From the NCBI RefSeq assembly GCF_040938485.1, contig NW_027270965.1, positions 744,001-808,000 of the forward strand: a stretch of DNA of 64,000 nucleotides, read 5' to 3'. Position numbers and translations under genes: made by a program. Under the pieces are notes generated by a model. That model worked only from the letters and a program-made list of their open reading frames with translations. It made no database searches and was not told where the DNA came from. Shown here piece after piece: positions 49,335 to 62,538 of this stretch (positions are counted from its first letter, which is position 1; each line of letters begins with the position of its first letter). This DNA is from Diadema antillarum. Its lineage: Eukaryota.

Positions 49335-50209
49335 TACTGAATCACAATACTGCATCAATCTCAGCAGTGCCCGCATCAAATTTTGCTCCCACAAAAAAAA
49401 AAGTTCAACATTCATCACTAATGAAATTTCTGCATCAAAAAGTCTCAATATGAAACTGCTGAAAAAAAAATCAACAGTATCTTTGATTGGCTGCCGGGCA
49501 TAGCCCATGTGATACACATCCTTGCCTGTCATTGCACTGCCAAGTTGATCGCCGACTGCGGCTAGACACGGAGCGAATGTTTTGCCTCACACCGTACTCT
49601 GGCTTCCCGCTATGATCAGCTGGGAGCCAACGCCTATTAAACTGTAGTCGTTCTATGCACTGTGTACGATGCCCAATACTATCTCAGGGCAGCAATTCAT
49701 CTGCAGGAATGTATTGATCGCTTTTGGCCACACTGTCAGCCAAAATGGTTCCTTGTGTGACTCAGGGCTGAAGACTGCTCGTCAAGCAGAAAAAGGTTTG
49801 AAGATTTTTTTGAATATTAGTCTCTAAAAAGAGGGGATATGCTCAGCGTAACTCCATGCAACATAAAATCAAAGTCAGATGAAAGATGTTCTATAGAATC
49901 CCTCATCAAAAATTTCACAATGCCTGAAAAGAACCAGGAAATCAACTTTCATCAACCCAATTTTCCAAAGCCACAGACCCTTTAAACACGAGGTCCAGGT
50001 CCCTAAATATTGTATTATTAATGTTGTTTATTTTCTTACTTCTTTCATACATGCATATGCAGAATTAAACATTAGACCTGGCTACTTTACTGTGTCCTGG
50101 GTCTGGCCTGAGCCTAAACCCAGGCACTCCTTCACACAGTTAAATATACTATTGGGCTGGACTCAGTTGGGCTGGACGCAGTTAGCCTGAACCTGGCGGT
50201 GAGTCGGCT

Positions 50210-50392
50210 CATCGCTCAGTCGGTAGCGCGTCTGCCTTACGATCCCAAGGACCCAGGTTTGAACCCGAGTCTCAACTGAGCAATGTTGTGTGTAAACATA
50301 CCGTCCCCTGGCCCACTAGCAAGATGCCAAACACTCTGTCCCTTGGATAGGGCATAAAAAAAAAAATGGAGGTCCCGTGTACAGTGTATTGT
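50210..50392 (+). mobile_element. tRNA-derived SINE, 5' part
   Basis: A-box-like CGCTCAGTCGG, B-box-like GGTTTGAACCC, and core CCTTGGATAGGGCATAAA..GGAGGTCCCGTGT. Confidence 0.75.
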
Positions 50393-51541
50393 CAGTCTCA
50401 TTAAGCCAGATGGAACTACCACAGAAACAGATGCGGAGAAAGCTCAGGTATTGCAAGACTTTTTCATAAGTGTTTTCACCCATGAAGACATGCAGAAAAT
50501 GCCGGAACCTCTAGAAATTAACTATGAATCAGCACTGACAAACTTTGACATCTCACCAACAGATGTTTTTGAGCTGCTAAAGAAACTGAAGCCAAACAAG
50601 TCTCAAGGACCAGATGGACTACATCCACGTTTACTGCAGAAGTTAGCAGGCGTCCTTGATGTACCACTTGCGCTCCTGTTCAAGATGAGTCTAGAAAAGG
50701 GTGAATTGCCTCTTGATTGGAAGTCAGCTAGAAATGTTACCCCAATCTTCAAAAAGGGGAACAAACAGGAGAGCAAGAACTATAGACCAGTGAGCCTAAC
50801 ATGCGTTGTATGCAAGATTTTTGAGTGCATGGTGAGAAAACAAATAATGGAACATCTGTTAACAAATGAGATGCTGTCTGTACATCAACATGGATTTATT
50901 GCTGGTCGTTCCTGCACCACTTAGTTGTTGGAAGTACTTAATGACTGGACACATGTACTGGAAGATGGAGGTAATATTGATGCCATTTATATGGACTTTA
51001 TGAAAGCATTTGACTCTGTACCGCATCTCCGACTACTGCAGAAAGTTGAATCCTTTGGTATCCATGAACAGGCCCTGCGGTGGATCAGAGCATTCCTAGT
51101 TGGAAGAAGACAACGAGTAGTAGTAAATGGTCAGCAGTCGGAATGGTCATCAGTACACAGTGGGATTCCACAGGGAAGCGTACTCGGGCCACTGTTGTTC
51201 CTGATGTATATTAATGACCTTCCCAATACTATTGAGTCTGGAATCAAGCTTTTTGCAGACGACACTAAACTTTATGCTCGAAGTGACACCTTGGAAGATT
51301 CTCAGAAATTGCAACTTGATTTGAATAAGATGCAGAAATAGGCAGAGGAATGGCAGCTTAGATTCCATCCCGACAAGTGCACGGTGTTGAAGATAGGCAG
51401 GTCACCCTCAAGTCATGAATATTGCATGAAAAGTGGCAGTGAAACAGTAACCCTGAAAGAATCGGAAGTGGAAAGAGACCTCGGAGTGCTTGTAGATTCT
51501 AAGCTCTCCTTCAAAGATCACATCTCCCAGGCTGTGTCCAA
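50393..51541 (+). mobile_element. CR1-clade LINE, 5'-truncated ORF2 (RT), part 1
   Basis: NYRPVSLT, QHGF, DFMKAFDSV, GIPQGSVLGPLLF and FADD motifs; premature TAG at 50922-50924 and 51339-51341. Confidence 0.95.
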
Positions 51542-54500
51542 CAACGGCGTAGCCAGGATTTCATCTTAGGGGGGGCGGTTAGTCTGCGAGGGAGCGAAGC
51601 GACCGAGCCCGAGCGAGCGGAGCGAGCGAGGGGGGGATGGTGTGGGAGGGGGGTGTCCCCCCTCCCACGGTAAGAACTTTTTGCATTTTGATGTTGTAAA
51701 TGGTGCAATTTGATGCATGTTTTTGCGCGTTTTATCGACATGAAACAGTCCCACTTGTTTAAGGTAGCAGTTTATTTTGATGTCGATTATTATTGAACAA
51801 TTTGCCTGTAAAATTGTATAATTTAAATACACTTCTTGTATCAATTCTTTTCACTGAATCATGAACGCGGCTGAACCCGAGCGAGCGGAGCGAGCGAGGG
51901 GGAGGGGAGGGTGTGGGAGGGGGGTGTCCCCCCTCCCACGGTGAGAACTTTTTGCATTTTGATGTTGCAAATAGTGCAATTTGATGCTTGTTTTTGCGCG
52001 TTTTATCGACGTGAAACAGTCCCACTTGTTTAAGGTAGCAGTATATTTTAGTGTAGATTATTATTGACCAATTTGCCTATAAAATGGTATCATTTAAATA
52101 CGCTTCTAGTATCAATTCTTTTCACTGAATATCATGAACGCGACTGAACGCGAGCGAACGGAGCGAGCGAAGGGGGAGGGGAGGGTGTGGGAGGGGGTGT
52201 CCCCCCTCCCACGGTAAGAACTTTTTGCATTTTGATGTTGTAAATGGTTCAATTTGATGCATGTTTTTGCATGTTTTAACGAGTTGAAACAGTCCCACTT
52301 GTTTAAGGTTGCAGTATATCTTGATGTAGATTATCATTGAACAATTTGCCTGTAATATGGCATGATTTAAATACACTTCTTGTATTAATTTTTTCATGAA
52401 TATCATGAACGCGACTGAACCCGAGCGAGCGGAGCGAGCGAGGGGGAGGGGAGGGTGTAGGAGGGGGGTGTCCCCCCTCCCACGGTAAGAACTTTTTGCA
52501 TTTTGATGTTGTAAATGGTGCAATTTGATGCATGTTTTTGCGCGTTTTATCGACGTGAAACAGTCCCACTTGTTTAAGGTAGCAGTTTATTTTGATGTCG
52601 ATCATTATTGAACAATTTGCCTGTAAAATTGTATAATTTAAATACACTTCTTGTATCAATTCTTTTCACTGAATCATGAACGCGGCTGAACCCGAGCTAG
52701 CGGAGCGAGCGAGGGGGAGGGGAGGGTGTGGGAGGGGGGTGTCCCCCCTCCCACGGTGAGAACTTTTTGCATTTTGATGTTGCAAATAGTGCAATTTGAT
52801 GCTTGTTTTTGCGCGTTTTATCGACGTGAAACAGTCCCACTTGTTTAAGGTAGCAGTATATTTTAGTGTAGATTATTATTGACCAATTTGCCTATAAAAT
52901 GGTATCATTTAAATACACTTCTAGTATCAATTCTTTTCACTGAATATCATGAACGCGACTGAACGCGAGCGAACGGAGCGAACGAAGGGGGAGGGGAGGG
53001 TGTGGGAGGGGGGTGTCCCCCCTCCCACGGTGAGAACTTTTTGCATTTTGATGTTGCAAATAGTGCAATTTGATGCTTGTTTTTGCGCGTTTTATCGACG
53101 TGAAACAGTCCCACTTGTTTAAGGTAGCAGTATATTTTAGTGTAGATTATTATTGAACAATTTGCCTATAAAATGGTATCATTCAAATACACTTCTAGTA
53201 TCAATTCTTTTCACTGAATATCATGAACGCGACTGAACGCGAGCGAACGGAGCGAACGAAGGGGGAGGGGAGGGTGTGGGAGGGGGGTGTCCCCCCTCCC
53301 ACGGTAAGAACTTTTTGCATTTTGATGTTGTAAATGGTTCAATTTGATGCATGTTTTTGCATGTTTTAACGAGTTGAAACAGTCCCACTTGTTTAAGGTT
53401 GCCGTATATCTTGATGTAGATTATCATTGAACAATTTGCCTGTAATATGGCATGATTTAGATACACTTCTTGTATTAATTTTTTCACTGAATATCATGAA
53501 CGCGACTGAACCCGAGCGAACGGAGCGAGCGCGGGGGAGGGTGTGGGAGGGGGGTGTCCCCCTTCCCACGGTAAGAACTTTTTGCATTTTGATGTTGCAA
53601 ATGGTGCAGTTTGATGCATGTTTTTGCGCGTTTTATCGACGTGAAACAGTCCCACTTGTTTAAGGTAGCAGTATATTTTGGTGTAGATTATTATTGAACA
53701 ATTTGCCTATAAAATGGTATTCTTTAAATACACTTCTAGTATTAATTCTTTTCACTGAATATCATGAACGCGACTGAACCCGAGCGAGCGGAGCGAGCGA
53801 AGGGGGAGGGGAGGGTGTGGGAGGGGGTGTCCCCCCTCCCACGGTAAGAACTTTTTGCATTTTGATGTTGCAAATGGTGCAATTTGATGCATGTTTTTGC
53901 GTGTTTTAACGAGTTGAAACAGTCCCACTTGTTTAAGGTTGCAGTATATCTTGATGTAGATTATCATTGAACAATTAGCCTGTAATATGGAATGATTTAA
54001 ATACACTTCTTGTATTAATTTTTTTCTCTGAATATCATGAACGCGACTGAACCCGAACGAGCGGAGCGAGCGAGGGGGGAGGGGAAGGTGTGGGAGAACT
54101 TTTTGCATTTTGATGTTGCAAATGGTGCAATTTGATGCATGTTTTTGCGTGTTTTAACGAGTTGAAACAGTCCCACTTGTTGAAGGTTGCAGTATATTTT
54201 AGTGTAGATTATTATTGAACAATATGCCTATAAAATGGTATCATTTAAATAATCTTCTTGTATTAATTCTTACACTGAATATCATGAACGCTGTCTGTTC
54301 AGCAATCAAACAGAAAAAACATGCACACGAGGGTGTAGATGATAGGGGCATATCCCCTCCCACACGAACGTGACTTTGCGTTTTCAGACCTGAAATTCAG
54401 CGATCTGGTGCAAATTTTTGGTGCAATACTTTGTCATCGAAGTGTTAAAATCACGGAATTTAGCTCTTATTCCGAATGTGCACCATCTGTGTGTATGTAT

Positions 54501-55235
54501 AAAGTCTAGTGAGGTAGAGCTTAGGGGAAGGGGGATTTCCCCTCCCGCTCGCGGAGCTTTTGCGTTTTTAGAATTGAAATAAAGCGATCTGGGTATAGCC
54601 ACAGTCTACTTCTATGCATGGCGGAAGGGGGGGGGGGGGTGGAGGGGCGGGCGAGCAGGGAGAAGGCGTGGGCGAGTGTTATCTCCACCCTTCCCTTCCG
54701 ATGGAGCTTTTGCCTTTTTGAGGTTGAAATTGAGATATCTCGTATACGCATATTTGATGGAATCAACATTTGGGAAATCACAAAAAAAAAAAACCAACTG
54801 ATGGGGAGGGGGAGGGGGGACTGAGGGAGGAAAGGGTCGATTAAAAGGGGAAACTCCCCTTATACATGAGGGAACCTTAAGTTTTCGGAATATAAGTGAT
54901 AAGTCTTGTGCACTCAGAATTATTCATAATTTTTGTGCAAATCTAAAAAGTGTACTAAGCTAGGGAAAGAGGCACAGAGGGGGAGGGTTTGGGAGGGGGT
55001 TTCCCCCTCCCAAGCACGAGAGATTTTGCATATTTTGAATTGAAATTCAACGATCTGGTGCACAATTTGAGTGAAATATTCAAAAAAATATCTTATTTGA
55101 TGAAAGGTTGCAAAGGAGACCCGCTTCATGTGCATGCATACAGTATACACGCATTTTTTTTCCGCCTCCCAAATCCCCGGTCCAAATCTTAGGGGGGGCG
55201 ACCGCCCCCATCGCCCCCCCCTGGCTACGCCAGTG
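51542..55235. mobile_element. 3.7-kb hAT-like non-autonomous element with 8-bp TSD
   Basis: GTGTCCAA at 51534-51541 and 55236-55243; TIRs CAACGGCGTAGCCAGG / CCTGGCTACGCCAGTG. Removing it restores the CR1 frame QAVSKSNKLLG. Confidence 0.92.
51600..54290. repeat. ~272-bp tandem array, about 10 copies, inside the hAT element
   Basis: CATGAACGC recurs near 51860, 52133, 52405, 52676, 52948, 53222, 53494, 53763, 54036 and 54283. Confidence 0.95.
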
Positions 55236-55951
55236 GTGTCCAAGTCCAACAAACTACTAGGGGTAATACGAAGAGCTTTCACAAACATTGATGAGGACAC
55301 CTTCAAACTTCTGTACAGAGGACTTGTGAGGCCCGTCTTAGAGTATGGACAAGCAGCATGGTCACCGTACAGGATTGGTGAACAGAGGAGACTTGAAAAT
55401 GTCCAGCGTAGGGCCACAAAGATGGTACCAAGCTTGAAGGACATACCCTACAAAAGCCGGCTAAGACGCCTCAAATTACCAACGCTTATCCATCGCAGAA
55501 GGAGAGGTGATATGATTGATGTCTACAAATATGTCCATGGCTTATATAACACTGACACTGACACTGACCTGCTACATCTCAATAATGAAGACAGAACACG
55601 TGGTCACACTCTGAAGCTGAAGAAGACATTCGCTCACCTTGATGTTAGAAAGTTCTTCTTCTCAAATAGAGTGGTGGAATCATGGAATAAGCTACCAGAA
55701 GATGTAGTCAGTGCCCCATCTGTGAACTCCTTCAAAAACAGACTAGACAACTACTGGAAAGAATTGCCATCTGTTTATGACCCTGAAGGATACTAACAGA
55801 TGTCCTGAATCCTCCCTCTCCACACACACACCTTGCCATAGAACCACTCGTAATTGAAAGATTGATTCAAATGACTACCAATCGATCGATGAACAGGCCC
55901 GGACCTACTAGCATCGATGGATTAAAGTAAAGTAAAGTAAGTAAAGTAAGT
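55236..55951 (+). mobile_element. CR1 LINE part 2: ORF2 C-terminus, 3' UTR and (AAGTA)n tail
   Basis: LVRPVLEYG, LENVQRRATKMV, HRRRRGDMI, FFSNRVVESWNKLP; ORF stop at 55796; AGTAA tail at about 55924-55951. Confidence 0.95.
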
Positions 55952-56192
55952 ATGTTGCATACAAGAGAGTCACAGCTCATGCACGTAAAAGATCCCACTT
56001 CATTCATTCATTGCAAAAAGCAGGGTGTTTAACCCGGTGAAGTGGTCAGTCCCATCTCACATCCAACTGGACCCCATGGAAGACCAGCTTAGCATAGAAC
56101 TCTAGCTGAATATATAGAGTCTATATCATGGGCTATCCAGGGCCAGGTCCAGCCATCTTCTCAAATGGAAATAAACAAACAAACAAACAAAC
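55952..56192 (+). mobile_element. tRNA-derived SINE, 3' part with (AAAC)n tail
   Basis: GCACGTAAAAGATCCC body motif and simple-repeat tail; inferred continuation of 50210-50392. Confidence 0.65.
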
Positions 56193-56399
56193 ACTATCTA
56201 ATTTGTTAGTTTGTACTTAACCAGCTAACTCAGCTCAGCTCAGGCAAAAAATAACCATAACCGCGGATAGGCCTACCAACGTTCACCTCCGTCAGAATAA
56301 ATTATTTTAGTAGTTATACTAGAGTAAAATATCCCGTTTGCGGCAGTTTAAGCATTGTTAAGGGTTTTTCCAACTTGTAAACAAATCAGGCAAATTATT

Positions 56400-57900
56400 T
56401 TCAACCATTTCATATATCATAGACAAGATTATTCATTAACGCAATTGTTTTCATGAAAGAAATTTACCATTGACCAACGCAGTTTTCATGATTTACCATG
56501 GCAAAACCCGGCACAATTTCCGCCGATAAGGGCGATATGCGACGTAGTATTTCTGCTTGCGGCACGATGTACAATCCCTATGCAATACGCGCGTGCTCCG
56601 CGATCTTTAGCTGAACGCCTTCACATGTCTCGCGAACATTGCGTAAGCGCCAATTCCCATTGCGAAAGCACGTGAAAATAGCGTGCGCACATGCATTGGC
56701 CGCAAACAAGATCGCAATTCTGGCGGTGTTGTTGATGTCTTTCTCGTGTTTTTCTCATTTTTTTTCGATGGTAACATCCACTTTCCGAAAAAAATGGCGG
56801 CCCACATTGGCTCGCGAAAATTCTATTTTACGTGAGGATATGTTTTCAAAATCCATGAACATCGAGAAAACGACAAAAAATCCAGTTTCTTGGACCATTG
56901 TTTCTTAACTGTTATGTTAAGAAGTACCGAAAATTTCATTTTGGATGCGATATGTTGTCATTTAGGTGAGAAAATTTCACTTTCATCAGAAATCGTGCCC
57001 ATTTTATCGGTTGGTTTTTGTTGATTGCTAGTGTGTTAGTATATGTGTAGTGTGCATGTAACAGTGCAATGCTGTGTTTAGCTGTATATTACCGTTGTAT
57101 GTTGTACCTGCCGCGAACGGCTGCACGGCCGCTTACTGACGCAGTTACTCTATAGCACTTGACTTGTAAGTTTACTGTAGCACTGGCTTCTGAACAAAAA
57201 TAACCTCTAACGTTAACGTTAGCAAAGTAAATAGAGTCTATATCTATATCATTTAGATATATGGCATCTAGATTCTAGATCTAGATAATTTAGATTCTAG
57301 ACTGAGTGAAGAGAGTATTGAAACTCTCTCTATCATGGCAGACACCACAACACTACACTATAGAATAAGTCTAGACAGCAAATATAAACACGTGTGGGAC
57401 TAATAGAAAACCCCTTGGTCTTTCCTCAGTTGTTTTGTCTCAAGTTAGCACACACACACCGGTTTCGAAATTGATAAAGAGTTTCCTAACCACAAAGAAA
57501 ATTGGATGTATCATTTAGGGTAGATTTTTCACGAAATATAACCTCACTACTTACCAAATCAGACGATCACTGAAAGATTGCTAAGTAAATACGCGATACG
57601 TGCAGAGTTTAGTGTTTACAGGGCATAGAGGGTAGTAGCGAAGTTGCCATGCAAGTAATCGTAATGCATCAACAGCTGGCGCTCTTTCACGCAAGTTTGA
57701 CAAAAACTGGCGCATAGTTATTCTATATGTGCATGTGGCTTCGCATGAATTTTGCACGCGAACGAACGCGAACGGTAACGTGTATTGCTCCGAACGAAGA
57801 TAGTGTCATGGTGTGGAGCTTTATCTCTGCTAAGCAAGGCTTGTAAAACAGTACAAAAAACATCATCAAGAATCTAAATTGATACCGGAGGAACGCTGTG
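56400..57900. promoter_or_regulatory. CpG-enriched region between divergent C6orf118-like and CSTF2 genes
   Basis: Higher CpG density, YY1-like AAAATGGCGG and ATTGG near 56792-56810; gene orientations diverge from here. Confidence 0.45.
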
Positions 57901-57902
57901 AA

Positions 57903-57939
57903 ATGTCTGCTGCTGATAGATCAGTCCGGTCTGTCTTCG
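57903..57939 (+). CDS. CSTF2: CSTF2 coding exon 1 (MSAADRSVRSVF)
   Basis: Matches the conserved DRSLRSVF; G|gtgagc phase-1 donor fits the acceptor at 62289. Confidence 0.85.
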
Positions 57940-58506
57940 GTGAGCTCAAAGAAAGGGCTGGTCGCCTGGTTGCTGTGTTTAATTTACACTGTACTTCTAA
58001 ATTGAAATGATTTCGTTGTCACTGACACAAGTTTGATGAGGAACCATGCAGTACGCAAATTAAATAAGCGTGCCATTGTCATGGAGTTCATGTATGGAGC
58101 CACTGAAATCATATTCATAAAATAAATGTTAACGTTACAGGGCCTTATAATATACCTACAGCCTGTAGTTAAACTTACCTGGTTGTGGGCATTATACAGA
58201 ACTTATTTGCCCCTCTGCTGCTCCAACATCTGGATGCCGTGACTATTAAAAACTTTTGTTTTCTGTGCTGTGCGGTCTAATGAGAACATGGGCATAAAAA
58301 TTGTTGTTCGGGGTTGTGTTTGTCCTTTTTTGACTTCCATGCTTTCTCCAAGTTGGATTTGAAAGAGTTGAGTAATGTGCTGTTTACTACATAATCCGGG
58401 AGATTATTCCATTCCGTGATAATGCACTGTAAGAAGACATTTGATCGCTTTTGGAGTTTTGCATCAGTTCTTCCTCACCTTGTATACTTAAATCATACAT
58501 TGTCTT

Positions 58507-59010
58507 ATGCTGTCTTATGCTGAAAGATTAGAGAAATTGAAACTGCCTACTCTTGCCTACAGAAGACTCAGAGGTGACATAATCCAAGTCTTCAAAATCA
58601 TGAATGGCTTCGCTGACACCAACAGTTCTAAGCTCCTCAAGACAAAGGAAGAGAAAGTTTCCCTTCGGGGCCATAATTCAAAGATCCAGAAACAGCATGC
58701 ACGTCTGAACATCAGGAAAAATAATTTTACTCACAGGGTAGTAACTCATTGGAACATGCTGCCAATTTCAGCCGTAGAAGCAACTACAGTCAACAGATTC
58801 AAGTCAGAAATAGATGCCTTCCTATCCAAGAAGTACAATAAGTTCTCATACTCAGACGAATAATTACATGGATTAGTAGCATTCATTACTGCAATATAGA
58901 CGAAGCATCAGGTTGACATACAGTGGAAACTTGTTGAAAGTGGGAGGGCATTACAAGACTTCTGTCTTTCCAGAAGCCCGACAAGACAGGTGAATACAGG
59001 TGAATACATG
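58507..59010 (+). mobile_element. CR1 LINE 3' fragment, nested
   Basis: YAERLEKLKLPTLAYRRLRGDII, NNFTHRVVTHWNMLP; short GGTGAATACA repeat tail. Confidence 0.9.
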
Positions 59011-59554
59011 TATGTCCTCTAGCCTGTTGTCAGTTCTCAAGTTCAACTTAGTCTAATGTCTTCCAGCCCATTCATAATCTTGAACGTTTGAATAAGATCT
59101 GCTCTGTGTCTGCAGTAACTCAATGAAGGTGATTTCAGTTCTGCTAGTCTCTCCGGATATGTGAGATTCCTGAGTTTATTGTAGATATTGACTTGGTTGC
59201 TCGTCTTTGGACTTTCTCTATCTTCTGTGTATCCCTTTTCAAGCAAGGGTGCCATATATGATCTGGGAGCAGTACTCAAGTGATGGGCGTACTACAGATT
59301 TGTAGAGTTGAGTGAATGATCGTTGATCTAGTGAAGAAAATAATCGTTTGATGATTCCCATCTTATGATTTGAACTTGCTGTGCTGTTGTCTACATGAGT
59401 TGAGAATTTCAGCTAGTTGTCAAACCTGACACCTAAATCCTTCTCAGTGGTAGAAGATGAGATGAAGGGACCTTGAGATGTAAGACTGTCATGTCGAAGC
59501 ATAGGTTATTCCTCCCATAATGAACCACATTGCATTAGTCTGTATTGAAAGGTA

Positions 59555-60708
59555 CTAGGTGTTTCAAAAAACATTTCCCACATTTGATTCTTAATAATTC
59601 AAAAAATATGTATCAGATAACACTGTCATTGATATGAGTGATAGCTGAATAGTGTGCAATTTGGTTGAAGGTGGTTTAGATATGAAAGCATAAATCAATT
59701 TCATGAAATCCATGATTAATTTCACAGTTAGGTTCCAGACTTTGCTCTATTTTCAACCCTCTGTACAAAATTTCACTTTACACAGGGGTCAATGGGTGTG
59801 TATGGGAGTGTGTGGTTCACACCCTGACAATGGTCCTGAACAATGGCCAGGGTTTGAATGCTTCATTATTTATTCATGAGAAATTCCACTATCACAACTA
59901 GTCTTTATTCAGCCTCTGGCAGTATCTGTGTAAAGTCAAACGCCTGTCGATACTGTCGTTGAGTCGCGAAATTACAATGAATACCTTCTGTTCTATCGTA
60001 AACGTGGTGACAGGAAGCAAAGAAAATCAATTAGAGTATATATACACTTGTGTATATGGAGCCTTAAATAAATCTACTGTGAAACAAATCGCCCCAATGA
60101 TAAATGCTGCTGAACTCTTTACCAAAAATGATCTCTTTTTATCGAAAAAGCGAAAAATTTGTCAGACTATCTAATTACTAGACAGTTGTATTAAAATGAG
60201 GAACTGAAGATCATTTATGCTTATTTATATCCCAAATTTAGTAATATGTGAAGCAAAGTTTGAAAATGAGTGCCAGCTCGAATGAAATGCGGTGTTTGCA
60301 ACCACTTTACCGTGCATGAATTCAGACTAGCAGCGCCCAGGGCAATCCACATGAATTATTGATTAAGCATTCATGTGCCAGGGAGCGCGAGACTGACGTC
60401 TAGTCAACAGCTGGTTCAGGCATGTCCATTGTTCAGGGCCATTGTCAGCACACACTCACATACACATCATTGGTTCCTGTGAGAAGTTCAATTTTTGTAC
60501 AGAGGGTTAAAATTTGACCAAAATCTGAAACCTTACTTCAAAATCAATCTTAGATTTAATGTAACTGTTTTATGCTTTCACGTCCAAATTACCTTCAACC
60601 AAATTGTACACTATCCAGCTATTACTCATATCAATGACAGTTTCATTGGATGAATAGTTTTTGAACTATTAATGATCAAAAGTGGGAAATGTTTTTTGAA
60701 ACACCTAG
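59555..60708. mobile_element. 1.15-kb Tc1/mariner-like MITE with long inverted arms
   Basis: TIR CTAGGTGTTTCAAAAAACATTTCCCA; TA at 59553-59554 and 60709-60710. Confidence 0.85.
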
Positions 60709-62289
60709 TAGCTTCCATGTGTCTGCCCATTTGTTCAGGTTTTCAAGATCTCTTTGCAGGGCTGTGTGGTCACTGCTGTTGTTTACTACAGAGTAGAGTT
60801 TGGTGTCGTCGGCAAAGAGTTCAATGAGTAGATTCACCTACTTTTTAGACGTAGGTCCAAGCATGCCAAGTAAGCATTGGTATTAAAGGCAGGATTGGAT
60901 AGTGTACACTTGGTGTGCATTCACGTCCATACTATGTAATACACAAATGGAGATCAGTGGAATACAAATGTACAATATTTTGTATGTCCTCTCCAGTTTA
61001 TGTCGTCCATCAAAGGCACAGCGTACTTTGAGTAATACTCTGGAACCAACTGTCGATGGTTTACTGATTGTGTGGACATTTTACCTCTTTCTGCCTCTGT
61101 CGAGATTGTTCAACATGCATCTTTGTAGATAGAAAGATCTGTCTGTCCGGAAGAGTCTTTTATTTTATTTTATTTTTTACGTTATTGCTCTCTTGATGTT
61201 ATAGCTCTCCTCCAGAGACAGACGGAAGGTTGTACTATACATCGCTGTAGGGAAGCTCTAAAATCACTGTCTCTATGATAATTGGGTGAGGTACAGTGTA
61301 CCTCACCCTTCTCGATTGCATCTAATTCACAGCCCTAGATTGGCAAATTTAAACCTGTATAGCAAAATCTACATTTCAAGAAAACATTGCACTCACCAGA
61401 TTAATGAATTATCCAACATTTTGGTAGAATTTTCGTGACAAAAAGATGCAACTACATGTATCAGCCCGTCGGTACAGTTGCAACAGCTCTTCAACATATG
61501 AATCTGTTAGCCAATCACATGCAAGGTAGATTTACGTGTTTTATTAAAACACGTACCTCGCATGTGATTGGCTAACGGACTAAAAATGACGACTTACAGC
61601 TAGTGAACTGCAATGTTGAGATATGGATGTAATACAAATTTCTGCGATCTAACCTAGTTCCTATGAGTATTTCGGTTGCACAATGGGAGAAAGTTACCCC
61701 AAATAACGCTGCATAATGTGTCATGTCATGTTAAACTTGTTTAAATGTAAAAAAGCTGTATGAAATTGGATATATCGTAGTGGTTGATCTGTGCGCGACT
61801 GCTGGCAGAGCATCCCTACAAGAGCCAGTGTGATAGCCTGCGGTCTGTATACACTGTACATGTACAAGTTGTAGGTATTAGGAGGGGATCTGTGAAGCCA
61901 GAAGCAGTCTGGAAAATACCCCCAATGACCAGATACAGACTGATCTTTCGTTCAAGCTTCTTTGTCTTTCTTGTGCACATTTTCATCCCATGAAAATTTA
62001 CCGGGTAGGCATTTTTTAGGGAGGAGTTGGTTGGTCCATGTACATAGGCCTATACTTCAATTCTTGTAATGCAGGCCAGAAGTGTCTTGTCTTGAGTATC
62101 CCAGTGGTTCAATTGACTCCTTGATGTTTGCACTGGCCATGCACATGTGATGTCTTTTCATCGCAGTGAAAGAAACAATACAAAACAAGAACTGCAACAG
62201 TTTATGAAATTTTATGTCATCTTTGAATAATACCTAATAGAAGAAAAAAAAAACTGTTTCTCTAATCATCCTTCTTTTATATACTGCAG

Positions 62290-62538
62290 TGGGGAATATT
62301 CCCTATGAGATTACAGAGGAAAAGCTGAAGGACATCTTCTCAGAGGTGGGCCCCGTGATTAGCTTCCGTCTGGTGTACGACCGCGACTCGGGTAAGCCGA
62401 AGGGCTATGGCTTCTGTGAGTACCAGGACCAGGAGACGGCCCTCTCGGCCATGCGCAACCTGAACGGGTACGAGCTGAGCGGGAGATCCCTGCGAGTGGA
62501 CAACGCCACCAGCGAGAAGAACAGGGAGGAACTGAAGA
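62290..62538 (+). CDS. CSTF2: CSTF2 exon 2 (RRM); gene continues beyond the window
   Basis: [59 protein letters not shown]; canonical splice sites. Confidence 0.96.

Larger units (their letters stand above)
58300..60830 (-). mobile_element. Old CR1 LINE on the minus strand, twice interrupted
   Basis: LFADDTKLY near 60800; WKL|PFNTD split by a MITE; RHRADLIQTFKIMNG near 59050-59110; EWNNLP near 58400. Boundaries approximate. Confidence 0.75.

Noticed and set aside
51500-54110. Many overlapping ORFs with KCKKFLPWEGGHP motifs
   Set aside because: They are translations of the 272-bp tandem unit, with stops and frameshifts differing between copies.
61784-61993. ORF containing DSLRSVY resembling the CSTF2 N-terminus
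   Set aside because: No suitable donor; 57903-57939 (DRSVRSVF plus phase-1 donor) fits much better.
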